Part shown: positions 1-9,262 of the stretch, one piece after another
Layout of the letters: each line of letters opens with the position of its first letter
Numbering within the stretch: the stretch's first letter is position 1
NCBI GenBank assembly: GCA_964361595.1
Contig: CAYIAX010000004.1
Location: 615-64,614, forward strand
Reading direction: 5' to 3'
DNA length: 64,000 nucleotides
Source: an uncultured Candidatus Saccharibacteria bacterium
Lineage (GTDB): Bacteria; Patescibacteriota; Minisyncoccia; UBA6257; 2-01-FULL-56-20
Program-made: the position numbers and the translations under genes
The notes under the pieces: model-generated
The model's input: the letters and a program-made list of their open reading frames with translations, nothing else
Database searches by the model: none
What the model was told of the DNA's origin: nothing

Positions 1-708
1 CCACTTCTCGATGTGTTCCTTGATCGCTTGTTCTCCAAGTACGATCCCGGCGAGGTCAACGTTGCGGGTTCCCCAGTTGGGATGAAGTAACCGGGTCAAG
101 TCGAAGGTGGTTGTGATCGGTGAGTCCGCGCGGTGTTCCACGTCAACCATCTCAATCTTCAATCCGTCGCCCGTGACCCCGTACTTCCCGGAAGAAAGAT
201 TCGTGCAGTGTTCCATCCCCGTCACCCACGTATTTGAGTTCCAGGCTACGAGAAGACGGGCTCGAATCCGCACGCTTACGGGGATGTCCTGGAAGTAGCC
301 TGGCGTTGGCACGATCCGGAGAGTGGGGTTGGCCGGGACTTCCAGGATGACGAATTGGAGGCAGGCGGGGTCGCTTTGTTGCGACGTGAGGTCGGCAAGT
401 ATGAAACCGCCTTCTTCCCAGTCGGCGATCTCTTTTTCCATGCGCTCAAGTTTTTGGAGAATGTCCGGAAACGCCGCGAGCCAGTACCTGCCGCCGCCGG
501 TTTCCATCGAAAGCCGCAAGGCGGCATCCAGTTTTGAGTTGCCGGTCAGGTTGAGCGTGTCGAGCCTCGAGCGGTCGAGGTGCTCCAGTGTTGCTTCCAG
601 GGAATCCGCTTCCGCTGTGAACGCCGCCGCCTGTTCCCTTAAAGATTGCACCTTTTGGGGAAGCGACAGGAGGTAGCTGGCGAAAACTTCGGGGTCTGAT
701 CTGCTCAT
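1..708 (-). CDS. hypothetical protein; 3' end runs off the window (start ATG 708..706)
   Basis: Hand translation of the minus strand from ATG at 708 gives >235 codons (MSRSDPEVFASYLLSLPQKVQSLREQ...) with no stop before position 1. It is absent from the ORF track because no stop lies inside the window. No recognisable motif. Confidence 0.5.
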   Translation of the reverse strand, partial: MSRSDPEVFASYLLSLPQKVQSLREQAAAFTAEADSLEATLEHLDRSRLDTLNLTGNSKLDAALRLSMETGGGRYWLAAFPDILQKLERMEKEIADWEEGGFILADLTSQQSDPACLQFVILEVPANPTLRIVPTPGYFQDIPVSVRIRARLLVAWNSNTWVTGMEHCTNLSSGKYGVTGDGLKIEMVDVEHRADSPITTTFDLTRLLHPNWGTRNVDLAGIVLGEQAIKEHIEKW

Positions 709-831
709 GTTCCGTTCCTTTCATATTCGATTGTCCGGGTACAATTTCTTGTTAACATAATCCCTTGCCAGAGTCCAGATTTTCTAAAAGCCTTACAATA
801 GAATCCTCCGGAAAATCGTACGGCTTTCCGT

Positions 832-1062
832 ATGATTTTCCATACGATTCTTTTTTGTTATGATACGGACATGCCAAGAAGGAAGTCCGGCAAGGAGCAG
901 ATTCGCAACCTCCAAAAAACCAAAGGCAGCTATCATTTAAGCCTGCCGATCAGCCTTGTGCATGCCTTAGGCTGGCAGGAGCGCCAAAAAGTTGTGGTCA
1001 AAAAATACGGAAAGAAGAGAATTTTAATCACCGACTGGCCCGGCAAAACGAAGCGCAGGTAG
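832..1062 (+). CDS. small AbrB/MazE (SpoVT-AbrB swapped-hairpin)-like DNA-binding protein; likely true start ATG 871
   Basis: Segment SYHLSLPISLVHALGWQERQKVVVKKYGKKRILI fits the SpoVT/AbrB looped-hinge pattern (vtIPkei.e.lgi..gd.v.v). It lies immediately upstream of the nuclease/methylase pair. Confidence 0.4.
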   Translation: MIFHTILFCYDTDMPRRKSGKEQIRNLQKTKGSYHLSLPISLVHALGWQERQKVVVKKYGKKRILITDWPGKTKRR

Positions 1063-1127
1063 GGAAGTAAAATGACGTTCGACTTCCTTCCGCCTCCGCC
1101 CTATCTACAAATTAGACCTTTGGTAAT

Positions 1128-1922
1128 ATGAAAAGTAATTTAAACCCCTGGACAAAACTAAGTATTGAATATGCCAGCCAACGCAGCTATTTAGACGATT
1201 TATTCCAGGTGTATCCCACAATTCCCGAAGGCATCAGAGAACTGAATGGTGAACCCTGGAAAAACGTTGAAAAAGCTTTTAAGAAGCGAGACAACACTGC
1301 GCTCTTGAAAAATCTTCTCAAGCTGGATTTATTTCCGATTAAAGATTCCTACGTTGCTTATCTAAAACGCGATAAGGAGGCATTGGAACGCAATCCTGCA
1401 ACCGCCGCTCGCCTCTCCGGCCGTTTATATGAAATGGGGCTGGACGCAATCTATGCACGCTGTTCCGAACCGAAAGAAACCAACCGGCAAATCGGCCTGC
1501 TTTTCAAACGCTGGCTCAAAAAGAAAGCTTTGGGCATTGAACCGGTTAAACCCGATCAATTTTTGAAAGCAAAGGGAAATGCTGTTTTGGACGCTGGCGA
1601 CGCCGAAATGATGAAGTTTGCACGAGCGCACCTGAATTATAAACATAACAAAGGACTAGATTTTATCGGCCGCTTTAACGGTAAGTACGCTATCGGGGAA
1701 GCAAAGTTTTTAACCGATTTTGGCGGGCATCAAAACGCGCAATTCAACGACGCTATCGCAACGGTCAAGGCAAGAGGAGTCAGGGCAATTCCCGTCGCTA
1801 TTCTTGACGGTGTTTTATACATCAAGGGGAGCAATAAAATGTATAAAGATATTACGGGTAGACACAAGAAAGAGAATATAATGAGCGCGCTCGTATTGCG
1901 CGAGTTTTTGTATCAACTATAA
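1128..1922 (+). CDS. PD-(D/E)xK nuclease, putative type II restriction endonuclease
   Basis: GLDFIGRF...AIGEAKF matches the D-(x)n-E-x-K catalytic motif. A DNA methyltransferase follows 6 bp downstream. AT-rich relative to the flanks. Confidence 0.45.
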   Translation: MKSNLNPWTKLSIEYASQRSYLDDLFQVYPTIPEGIRELNGEPWKNVEKAFKKRDNTALLKNLLKLDLFPIKDSYVAYLKRDKEALERNPATAARLSGRLYEMGLDAIYARCSEPKETNRQIGLLFKRWLKKKALGIEPVKPDQFLKAKGNAVLDAGDAEMMKFARAHLNYKHNKGLDFIGRFNGKYAIGEAKFLTDFGGHQNAQFNDAIATVKARGVRAIPVAILDGVLYIKGSNKMYKDITGRHKKENIMSALVLREFLYQL

Positions 1923-1927
1923 CGCCT

Positions 1928-3085
1928 ATGTTTATAACTTACGACAACAAAAAAAATGAGAAAGATATTCTCGAAAAAACCTCGAGAATTGAGCTGAAAA
2001 ACATATTGGGCAAAAGGGCAAAAAATAAGCTCATTCATGCCGACAATCTTTCTACTCTCAAAACTCTGCTCGACGATTATTCGGGTAAAGTTGATTTGAT
2101 TTATATTGACCCCCCATTCGCCACAAACGGACACTTCAAAATTAGCGAAGACAGGGCAAATACCGTAAGCAGCAGCAACGGTGATGCCATCGCATACAGC
2201 GATACATTGGTCGGCGCCGACTTTTTGGAATTTCTGCGTGAGCGCCTGGTTTTTCTGCGTGAACTTTTATCGGAGCGCGGGTCAATCTACCTTCATATTG
2301 ACTACAAAATTGGGCATTATGTAAAACTCATCATGGACGAAGTCTTTGGCCGCGAGATGTTCCGAAACGATATTACGCGTATCAAATGCAATCCCAAGAA
2401 TTTTGACAGGAAAGCGTACGGCAATATTAAGGATTTAATACTCTTTTATTCAAAGTCGGCTGCGCCGACGTGGAATGACCCGCGCGTTCCTTTCACGGAA
2501 GAAGATAAAGAGCGTTTATTCAAGAAACTGGATAAAGGCGGACGACAATATACAACTATTCCACTCCATGCCCCCGGAGAAACTTCTAGTGGCAATACCA
2601 GCAAAGAATGGAAAGGAATGAAGCCGCCTAAAGGCCGCCATTGGCGGACTGATCCGGCGGTTTTAGAAGAATGGGACAAGCAAGGATTGATTGAATGGTC
2701 GGTTAACGGTGTTCCACGCAAAAAAATCTTCCTTGATGAAAATGAAGGCAAAAAAATGCAGGATATCTGGGAGTTCAAAGACCCGCAGTATCCGCAGTAT
2801 CCAACCGAGAAAAACTTGGATTTACTAAAGTTTATTATTGAGGCCTCATCAAGCGAGGGCGATTTGGTGCTTGATTGTTTCGCCGGCTCCGGCACAACTC
2901 TGGTTGCCGCCCAAACGCTTAATCGCAACTGGATCGGGATTGATAAATCGGAACAAGCAATCAAAGTTGCAAAAAAAAGATTAGCGGGTTTGCCGAACAG
3001 CTTATTTTCAAAAGCTGAATATGAGTTTTTAGAAGAAGAAAATTATATCGAAGTTCCTAAAGAATCTTTTACTCAAGCCATCTAG
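1928..3085 (+). CDS. site-specific DNA methyltransferase, beta-class amino-MTase (N6-adenine or N4-cytosine)
   Basis: Motif IV IDPPF is near the N-terminus and motif I DCFAGSGTT near the C-terminus; the IV-before-I order defines the beta class. Confidence 0.85.
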   Translation: MFITYDNKKNEKDILEKTSRIELKNILGKRAKNKLIHADNLSTLKTLLDDYSGKVDLIYIDPPFATNGHFKISEDRANTVSSSNGDAIAYSDTLVGADFLEFLRERLVFLRELLSERGSIYLHIDYKIGHYVKLIMDEVFGREMFRNDITRIKCNPKNFDRKAYGNIKDLILFYSKSAAPTWNDPRVPFTEEDKERLFKKLDKGGRQYTTIPLHAPGETSSGNTSKEWKGMKPPKGRHWRTDPAVLEEWDKQGLIEWSVNGVPRKKIFLDENEGKKMQDIWEFKDPQYPQYPTEKNLDLLKFIIEASSSEGDLVLDCFAGSGTTLVAAQTLNRNWIGIDKSEQAIKVAKKRLAGLPNSLFSKAEYEFLEEENYIEVPKESFTQAI

Positions 3086-3190
3086 TTAATGTGAGCTACC
3101 CCAAATCCTTACCCGCCAGTTTTTGGGCCTGGAATTGCCGGTCGTGTGCGAGACGATTAAGCGAGCTTTAAGCGGAAAAGGCTTGAGGGC

Positions 3191-3236
3191 TTTGCGCGAA
3201 AATTAAGCGACTTCCGATGTCCAAATATTACGCAAT
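3191..3236. terminator. perfect 15-bp inverted repeat (gacttccgatgtcc...gggacatcggaagtc) downstream of the R-M cassette
   Basis: Palindrome seen directly in the sequence. No U-tract, so terminator function is uncertain. Confidence 0.3.
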
Positions 3237-3326
3237 TTCGGGACATCGGAAGTCATTAAATTAGCTCGCAATCCCTGTTATTTCGTGCTAGAATAAGTGT
3301 GCCGCCAAAGCGGCATTCTTCAACTC

Positions 3327-5396
3327 ATGGCTAAAAAAGAACCGGAAAAGCAGAATTCCTATAGTGCCAAGGATATTTACGTACTTGAGGGCCTGGAGCC
3401 CGTCCGCAAGCGCCCTGGCATGTATATCGGTTCCACGGGGACCGACGGCCTGCACCACTTAATTTGGGAGGTCGTGGACAACTCCCTCGATGAGGCGATG
3501 GCCGGCTATGCCAAAAACGTTACGATCGAACTTTTGCCTAAAGATCAGGTGGCGGTAACCGATGACGGCCGCGGCATTCCGGTTGAAACTCACAAGCAGA
3601 CCAAAAAATCGGCCTTGGAAACGGTTTTAACCACGCTTCATGCGGGAGGTAAATTTGGCGGGGAATCGTACAAAATTTCCGGCGGTTTGCACGGCGTCGG
3701 CGTTTCGGTTGTGAATGCTTTGTCCGAATGGATGCGCGTCGAAGTTTTCCGCGACGGCGGATTGTGGGTTCAGGAATACGAGCGGGGCAAGCCGAAATTC
3801 AAAGTCAAAAAAATCGGCGCGGCCAAAACCACCGGCACAAAAGTTATCTTTTCTCCCGATCCGGAAATTTTTTCAAACATAGAGTTCAATCTTAAAGGCA
3901 TCGTGGACCATTTGCGCCAGCAGGCGTATTTGACGAAGGGCGTGCGCATCAATATTTTCGACCGCCGCAAAGCGCCGCCGGCTTTTTACGGATTTTATTT
4001 CGAAGGAGGACTCAAGTCATTCGTAAGATATTTGTCCCGCGATGAAAAGCCACTGCAGGAGGATATTTTTTACGCGCATAAAGAATACGATGCCTCGGTT
4101 GAAAACGGCGGCAAAGGCAAGGGCAAAATCGAAGTCGAAGCCACTTTCGTCTATGTGGACGATATCGAAACGCGTGAGTTGTCTTTTGCCAATAACATTT
4201 ATACGCCCGACGGTGGCATGCATCTTACCGGTTTCCGTTCGGCCTTGACGCGCTCCTTGAATGCCTACGCCCGTTCCGAGGGGTACCTGAAGGAAAAGGA
4301 GGAAAATCTCACGAGCGATGACGTGCGCGAGGGCCTGGTGGCCGTGGTTTCGGTAAAACTGCGCGAGCCGCAGTTTGAAGGCCAAACCAAAGCGCGCTTG
4401 GGGAATCCGGAAGCCCGCACCGGCACGGAAGCGGTCGTGAACGAAACGCTTAAAGAGTTTTTGGAAAAGCATCCGCAGGAAGCGCGGCGGCTGATCGAAA
4501 AAGTAATGCTCGCGGCCAAGGCGCGCTTGGCGGCTAAAGCCGCCAAAGACACCGTACTTCGGAAGGGAGCCTTAGAGGGGCTTACCTTGCCCGGCAAGCT
4601 TGCCGATTGCACTTCGAAGAACGCTTCCGAATCGGAGCTTTTTATCGTCGAGGGAGATTCCGCCGGCGGCAGCGCCAAATCCGGGCGCGATCGCAGAACG
4701 CAGGCAATCCTTCCCGTCAAAGGAAAAATTTTAAACGTGGAAAAAGCGCGGCTCGACAAGATGCTTGGCAATGTGGAAATCCGTTCGCTTGTTGTTGCTT
4801 TGGGCACGGCGATTTCAGAAAATTTTGATCTCGCGAAACTCCGTTATCACAAAATCATTTTAATGAGCGATGCCGATGTGGACGGAGCGCACATCCGCAC
4901 GCTTTTTCTCACGCTTTTTTATCGCTATTTCCCGAAGATAATCGAATCCGGCCATCTCTACGTCGCCCAGCCTCCGCTTTATCGCATCCAGGCTGGTAAA
5001 GATGTCAGGTATGCATTTACCGAGGGAGAAAAACAAAAATTAGTGGACGAAGTTTTAAAAGCCAAAGCAGAGAGGAGAGGCAAGGGCGGCAAGGAAGCCG
5101 AGCCGGTTGTAGACGCAGAGGGCGCCGCGCTTGAAGCCGAAGCGGAAGGGGAAAGTCAGACAGGCTTAACAACTAAGGGAGTTGCCATCCAGCGTTATAA
5201 AGGTTTGGGTGAAATGAACCCTGACCAGTTGTGGGAGACAACGATGAACCCGGAAAACCGGCTCTTAAAGCAGGTAGTAGTTGACGACGTCATTAAGGCT
5301 GACAAGCTTTTCAATATCTTAATGGGGGATCAAGTGGACCCGAGAAAACAGTTCATTCAGGCGCACGCCGAGGCGGTGCAGAACTTGGATATTTGA
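3327..5396 (+). CDS. gyrB: DNA gyrase subunit B
   Basis: MAKKEPEKQNSYSAKDIYVLEGLEPVRKRPGMYIGSTG..., GHK ATPase and TOPRIM motifs (EGDSAGG), and the C-terminal YKGLGEMNPDQLWETTM motif. Confidence 0.95.
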   Translation: MAKKEPEKQNSYSAKDIYVLEGLEPVRKRPGMYIGSTGTDGLHHLIWEVVDNSLDEAMAGYAKNVTIELLPKDQVAVTDDGRGIPVETHKQTKKSALETVLTTLHAGGKFGGESYKISGGLHGVGVSVVNALSEWMRVEVFRDGGLWVQEYERGKPKFKVKKIGAAKTTGTKVIFSPDPEIFSNIEFNLKGIVDHLRQQAYLTKGVRINIFDRRKAPPAFYGFYFEGGLKSFVRYLSRDEKPLQEDIFYAHKEYDASVENGGKGKGKIEVEATFVYVDDIETRELSFANNIYTPDGGMHLTGFRSALTRSLNAYARSEGYLKEKEENLTSDDVREGLVAVVSVKLREPQFEGQTKARLGNPEARTGTEAVVNETLKEFLEKHPQEARRLIEKVMLAAKARLAAKAAKDTVLRKGALEGLTLPGKLADCTSKNASESELFIVEGDSAGGSAKSGRDRRTQAILPVKGKILNVEKARLDKMLGNVEIRSLVVALGTAISENFDLAKLRYHKIILMSDADVDGAHIRTLFLTLFYRYFPKIIESGHLYVAQPPLYRIQAGKDVRYAFTEGEKQKLVDEVLKAKAERRGKGGKEAEPVVDAEGAALEAEAEGESQTGLTTKGVAIQRYKGLGEMNPDQLWETTMNPENRLLKQVVVDDVIKADKLFNILMGDQVDPRKQFIQAHAEAVQNLDI

Positions 5397-5565
5397 ATCA
5401 GGGCTTGCTTTTCTCCCGGAAGTTTGATATTCTTGACTTAACCAAGCAAAATGCCTTGAGGATCAAGGTATTTTTTATTCCGGCGAGCGAGGAGCAAAAT
5501 CGAAGCATAGTCCATTTTGTCCGAGCGCTACCGGAACAAATGGTATAAACCATTTCTTTAAGGAC

Positions 5566-5757
5566 ATGTTCAAGCGCTTAATGAATTTTTTGCGTGGGGC
5601 CCGCCAAGAACTGCGCAATGTGAATTGGCCGACGCGGCAGGAAGCCGTGCGTTTAACTTCGGTCGTAATCGGGCTCTCGCTCCTTTTGGCGGTTTTTCTC
5701 GGAGCTTTCGATTATATTTTTTCTTATTTGATTAAATCAGTTTTCTTAAAAATCTAA
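5566..5757 (+). CDS. secE: preprotein translocase subunit SecE
   Basis: 63 aa with a single C-terminal TM helix (VVIGLSLLLAVFLGAFDYIF), directly upstream of nusG as in the conserved secE-nusG-rplK order. Confidence 0.7.
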   Translation: MFKRLMNFLRGARQELRNVNWPTRQEAVRLTSVVIGLSLLLAVFLGAFDYIFSYLIKSVFLKI

Positions 5758-6311
5758 TGGATAAAGAACAGAAACAAGTTGCCGGCAAGCGCGAGTGGTA
5801 CGCCATCCACACCTATTCTGGTTATGAAGAGGCGGTGGCGCGCTACTTGAAACAGCGCGTCGAGTCGCTTTCGATGGAAGATAAGATCTTCAACGTGGTC
5901 GTGCCCACCGAAAAAAAGATCAAGGTAAAAAGCGGCCGCCGCCAGACGATCGAAGAAAAGATTTATCCCGGTTATGTTTTGGTGGAAATGATTTTGGCCG
6001 AGGATTCCTGGTACGTTGTGCGGAATACGCCGCGCGTAACCGGTTTCGTGGGCGCCGACAATACCAAGCCGGCTCCGCTCTCCAAAGAAGAGGTTGAATC
6101 GCTCTTGAACCGGATGGGCCGCGAAGAAAACCGCTATAATGTGGATTTGCGCGTGGGCGACGTCGTCAAGATCATTGACGGGCCGTTCAAGGAGTATGAC
6201 GGCAAAGTTGCGGAGATTGACGAAGAAAAAGGCCGCGTCAAAGTGATGGTGCCGATCTTCGGACGCGACACGGCGGTTGATCTGGATTCATTGCAGGTTA
6301 AGAAACTATGA
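5757..6311 (+). CDS. nusG: transcription termination/antitermination factor NusG
   Basis: NGN domain (WYAIHTYSGYEEAV) plus a KOW domain (GDVVKIIDGPFKEYDGKVAEID). Confidence 0.9.
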   Translation: MDKEQKQVAGKREWYAIHTYSGYEEAVARYLKQRVESLSMEDKIFNVVVPTEKKIKVKSGRRQTIEEKIYPGYVLVEMILAEDSWYVVRNTPRVTGFVGADNTKPAPLSKEEVESLLNRMGREENRYNVDLRVGDVVKIIDGPFKEYDGKVAEIDEEKGRVKVMVPIFGRDTAVDLDSLQVKKL

Positions 6312-6388
6312 CCATCAACTAATTACGAATATCATACGAATAAACGAATTTGTATATTCGTAAAGATTCGATATTCGTTGATAAAAAT

Positions 6389-6811
6389 ATGGCTAAAGAA
6401 ATCAAAACAACTATTAAATTACAGCTCGAAGCGGCGAAAGCGAACCCCGCGCCGCCGGTCGGAACCGCCTTGGGTCCGCACGGCGTAAATATCGCCGACT
6501 TCTGCAAGCAGTTCAACGAGGCCACGAAGGACATGGTTGGCGACGTGGTGCCGGCGGAAATCACGATTTATACGGATCGCAGTTTTACGTTTAAGCTCAA
6601 GACCCCGCCGGTTGCGGCGCTCTTAAAGCAAGCCGCCGGCGTGGAGAAGGGCGCCGCGAATCCCCTGAAGGACAAAGTCGGCAAAGTCTCGCGCGCGGAT
6701 GTGCGAAAGATCGCCGAGCGTAAAATGCCGGATTTGAACACCGACAGCCTGGAAGCGGCGGAAAAGATAGTGGAAGGCGCGGCGCGTTCAATGGGGATCA
6801 CGGTTGAATAA
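6389..6811 (+). CDS. rplK: 50S ribosomal protein L11
   Basis: [43 protein letters not shown] is a canonical L11 N-terminus. Confidence 0.9.
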   Translation: MAKEIKTTIKLQLEAAKANPAPPVGTALGPHGVNIADFCKQFNEATKDMVGDVVPAEITIYTDRSFTFKLKTPPVAALLKQAAGVEKGAANPLKDKVGKVSRADVRKIAERKMPDLNTDSLEAAEKIVEGAARSMGITVE

Positions 6812-6870
6812 GCCGAGATTTACGGTAAATTTTTTTCCTGGTAAACTGGTTAAAACCGGTTTAAAGCCGT

Positions 6871-7509
6871 ATGGTAAAAAACACTTATCCGGGGAAATTC
6901 ATCGTTTTTGAAGGCCCCGACGGCTCGGGGCAATCAACTCAAGCAGATTTATTGAAAAAGCATTTTGAGGAGAAGGGAAAGACTGTTTGCTTGACCCATG
7001 AGCCGACACTTGATAGTCCGGCTGGCTTGAGGGTTAAAAATATTTTGACTCACCAGGAGCCACCGCCTTCGCCGTTCGAATTTCAAAAGCTTTATGCGAT
7101 TGATCGCGAGGTGCATTTGAAGAATAAGATAATTCCTGCTTTGAAAAAAGGCGAGTACGTCATTTCCGATCGGTATTTTTTCTCAACCTTTGCTTTTGGG
7201 TCTTTGGGATGCGATCTAGAAGCTTTGATTGATTTGAACAAAAACTTTCTTTATCCTGATCTGACATTCATTTTAAGAGTGGCTCCCGAAATTTCCATAT
7301 ACAGAATTGAAAAGCGGGGCCGCCAAGTGGAATTTTTTGAAAAACTGGAAAAGTTAAAGAGGGTAAATAACGCTTATAAAATTTTACAAAAAAGATTTGA
7401 AAACTGTTTTTTGATCGACGGAGAAAAACCGATTGAGGAAGTTCATGCGGTTGTGCTTGCAAAGTTAAACATTTTGAATATTGGCTTACCTGCCTATAAT
7501 CAATCCTGA
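6871..7509 (+). CDS. tmk: thymidylate kinase
   Basis: P-loop FIVFEGPDGSGQSTQ and the DRY motif (ISDRYFFS). Confidence 0.8.
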   Translation: MVKNTYPGKFIVFEGPDGSGQSTQADLLKKHFEEKGKTVCLTHEPTLDSPAGLRVKNILTHQEPPPSPFEFQKLYAIDREVHLKNKIIPALKKGEYVISDRYFFSTFAFGSLGCDLEALIDLNKNFLYPDLTFILRVAPEISIYRIEKRGRQVEFFEKLEKLKRVNNAYKILQKRFENCFLIDGEKPIEEVHAVVLAKLNILNIGLPAYNQS

Positions 7510-7515
7510 CTCCCC

Positions 7516-7629
7516 ATGCCCAAATACAAACCCACCATCGGACTTGAGGTTCCCGCCTTCGCTAAAGCTTCCACCGGCGCTAAAGCTATGGCGGACAAGC
7601 TGGCGGGCAAGCACGCTTTATTAATATGA
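7516..7629 (+). CDS. 37-codon upstream ORF whose first 12 codons mimic the gatB N-terminus; its stop TGA overlaps the gatB ATG (ATATGA)
   Basis: MPKYKPTIGLEV... versus GatB MNYQPTIGLEV...; the remainder is encoded by a repeat element (cccgccttcgctaaagct...). Confidence 0.3.
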   Translation: MPKYKPTIGLEVPAFAKASTGAKAMADKLAGKHALLI

Positions 7630-9245
7630 ATTATCAACCAACAATCGGACTTGAGGTGCATGCGGAATTGAAGACGCGAACCAAGATGTTCTGCGATTCT
7701 TTAAACGACCCGGACGAGCGGCACCCAAATGTGAATGTTTGTCCGGTTTGCCTCGGCCATCCGGGAGCCTTGCCGACGATCAACAAGCAGGCCGTGGAGG
7801 CCGTTATCCGCGCGGGTTTGGCCCTGGGCGGAAAGATAAATGAGCGGGCGAAATTTGACCGCAAAAATTATTTTTATCCCGATCTGCCGAAGGGCTATCA
7901 AATCTCGCAGTACGACGAACCGATTGTCACGGGCGGGGAATTAAAAGGAGTGCGGGTGCGCAGAATTCACCTCGAGGAGGATACGGGAACATTGGCGCAT
8001 TTTGCGCCAAGCGCAGACCTGCGCGGACCGGACGCAGATCGACGCGGAAACTTTCTGCGTGAGTCGGCGTTAAGTCAGCGTGAGTCAGCGTCGTTGGTTG
8101 ATTTTAACCGCGCAGGCGTGCCCCTTTTGGAACTTGTGACTGAACCGGACATTACGAGCGCGGAACAGGCGGTGGAGTTCGGCAAGGCTTTACGTCTTAT
8201 TTTCCGTTATCTCGGGATTTCTGATGCCGACATGGAAAAGGGCCAAATGCGGCTTGAAGCCAATGTTTCGCTTCGCGAAACCGCGGATGATCGCGGATCA
8301 AACGCGGATCAACGCGGAAACGGCTTAGGCGAAAATCTCGGGACGAAGGTTGAGATTAAAAACATAAATTCGTTTAAGGCGCTAGGCGTGGCCATAGCTT
8401 ACGAGCTAAAGCGGCAGGAAGAGCATTTAAAAGAGGGAAAAAAGATCGTCCAGGAAACGCGCGGCTGGAACGAAGACAAACAAGCGACCGTTTCCCAGCG
8501 GTCGAAAGAAGAGGCGCACGATTACCGCTATTTCCCTGAACCCGATTTACCGCCCATTCGTCTTACGAATGGTCGAGCCTCGCCCACCGATGTGGGCGGG
8601 CCGCCTTCGGATATCGCCTTCGACATTGAAGCCATCCGCGCTTCGTTGCCTGAATTGCCGGAGCAAAAAATCGGCCGCTTCGAGCGCGAATTCGGAATTT
8701 CTGCCAAGCAAGCCGAACTTCTTGTAAGTGATAAAAAAGTCGCGGATTTTTTTGAAGAAGCTGTTAGCGAACTGGCAACACGAGACGAACTCACTACTTC
8801 TAGGATTGACAAGAAATCACAAGAAATGCTTTTTAACTATATTACTGGTACAGCGAGGGGTATTTACTCCACAATGCTTGTTCAAGAAAATGGAGCTGTG
8901 CTTGGGAAGATAAAACCGGAGCATATAGCCCATTTGATAGATCTTATTTGTGATGGAAAAATAGGCGAACGCCAGGCAAGGGATATCTTAAAGAAAATGT
9001 TTGAGGATGGTTCAGATCCAGAAGAAATTCTAAATCGGGAAGGTTTACACACGGTCTCCGACACAGAAGAACTCAAACTCGTGGTGGAAGAGGTGATCGC
9101 AGAAAATCCCACTGCGGCTGCGGATTATAAAAAAGGCAAAGCACAAAGTTTGCAATTTATGATTGGCAAAGCGATGGGAAAATTGAAGGGCAGAGGGAAT
9201 CCCGGCGTGCTCAAGGAAATTTTTGAGCAGAATCTATCGCAGTAA
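7626..9245 (+). CDS. gatB: Asp/Glu-tRNA amidotransferase subunit B; carries two in-frame repeat-element insertions
   Basis: GatB N-terminus (TIGLEVHAELKT), the CPVCLGHPGALP zinc motif and a C-terminal YqeY-like tail. Low-complexity inserts ADLRGPDADRRGNFLRESALSQRESAS and ADDRGSNADQRGNG. Confidence 0.9.
   Translation: MNYQPTIGLEVHAELKTRTKMFCDSLNDPDERHPNVNVCPVCLGHPGALPTINKQAVEAVIRAGLALGGKINERAKFDRKNYFYPDLPKGYQISQYDEPIVTGGELKGVRVRRIHLEEDTGTLAHFAPSADLRGPDADRRGNFLRESALSQRESASLVDFNRAGVPLLELVTEPDITSAEQAVEFGKALRLIFRYLGISDADMEKGQMRLEANVSLRETADDRGSNADQRGNGLGENLGTKVEIKNINSFKALGVAIAYELKRQEEHLKEGKKIVQETRGWNEDKQATVSQRSKEEAHDYRYFPEPDLPPIRLTNGRASPTDVGGPPSDIAFDIEAIRASLPELPEQKIGRFEREFGISAKQAELLVSDKKVADFFEEAVSELATRDELTTSRIDKKSQEMLFNYITGTARGIYSTMLVQENGAVLGKIKPEHIAHLIDLICDGKIGERQARDILKKMFEDGSDPEEILNREGLHTVSDTEELKLVVEEVIAENPTAAADYKKGKAQSLQFMIGKAMGKLKGRGNPGVLKEIFEQNLSQ
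7991..8095. repeat. GC-type palindromic element, in-frame inside gatB
   Basis: gacgcagatcgacgcggaaactttctgcgtgagtcggcgttaagtcagcgtgagtcagcg: ACGCGGA-type units followed by their reverse complements. Confidence 0.7.
8281..8320. repeat. GC-type element half-copy inside gatB
   Basis: ccgcggatgatcgcggatcaaacgcggatcaacgcggaaa. Confidence 0.6.
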
Positions 9246-9262
9246 TCGCGCGAATAGCGAAT

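Noticed and set aside
4017-4807. Antisense ORFs inside gyrB (4017..4472, 4265..4807) and similar antisense ORFs inside atpA/atpD/valS and the 29427..30029 ORF
   Set aside because: They overlap strongly supported genes on the opposite strand, have low-complexity Arg/Pro/Ser-rich translations and carry no motifs.
5397-5565. Expected tRNA-Trp upstream of secE
   Set aside because: No cloverleaf could be folded in this spacer.
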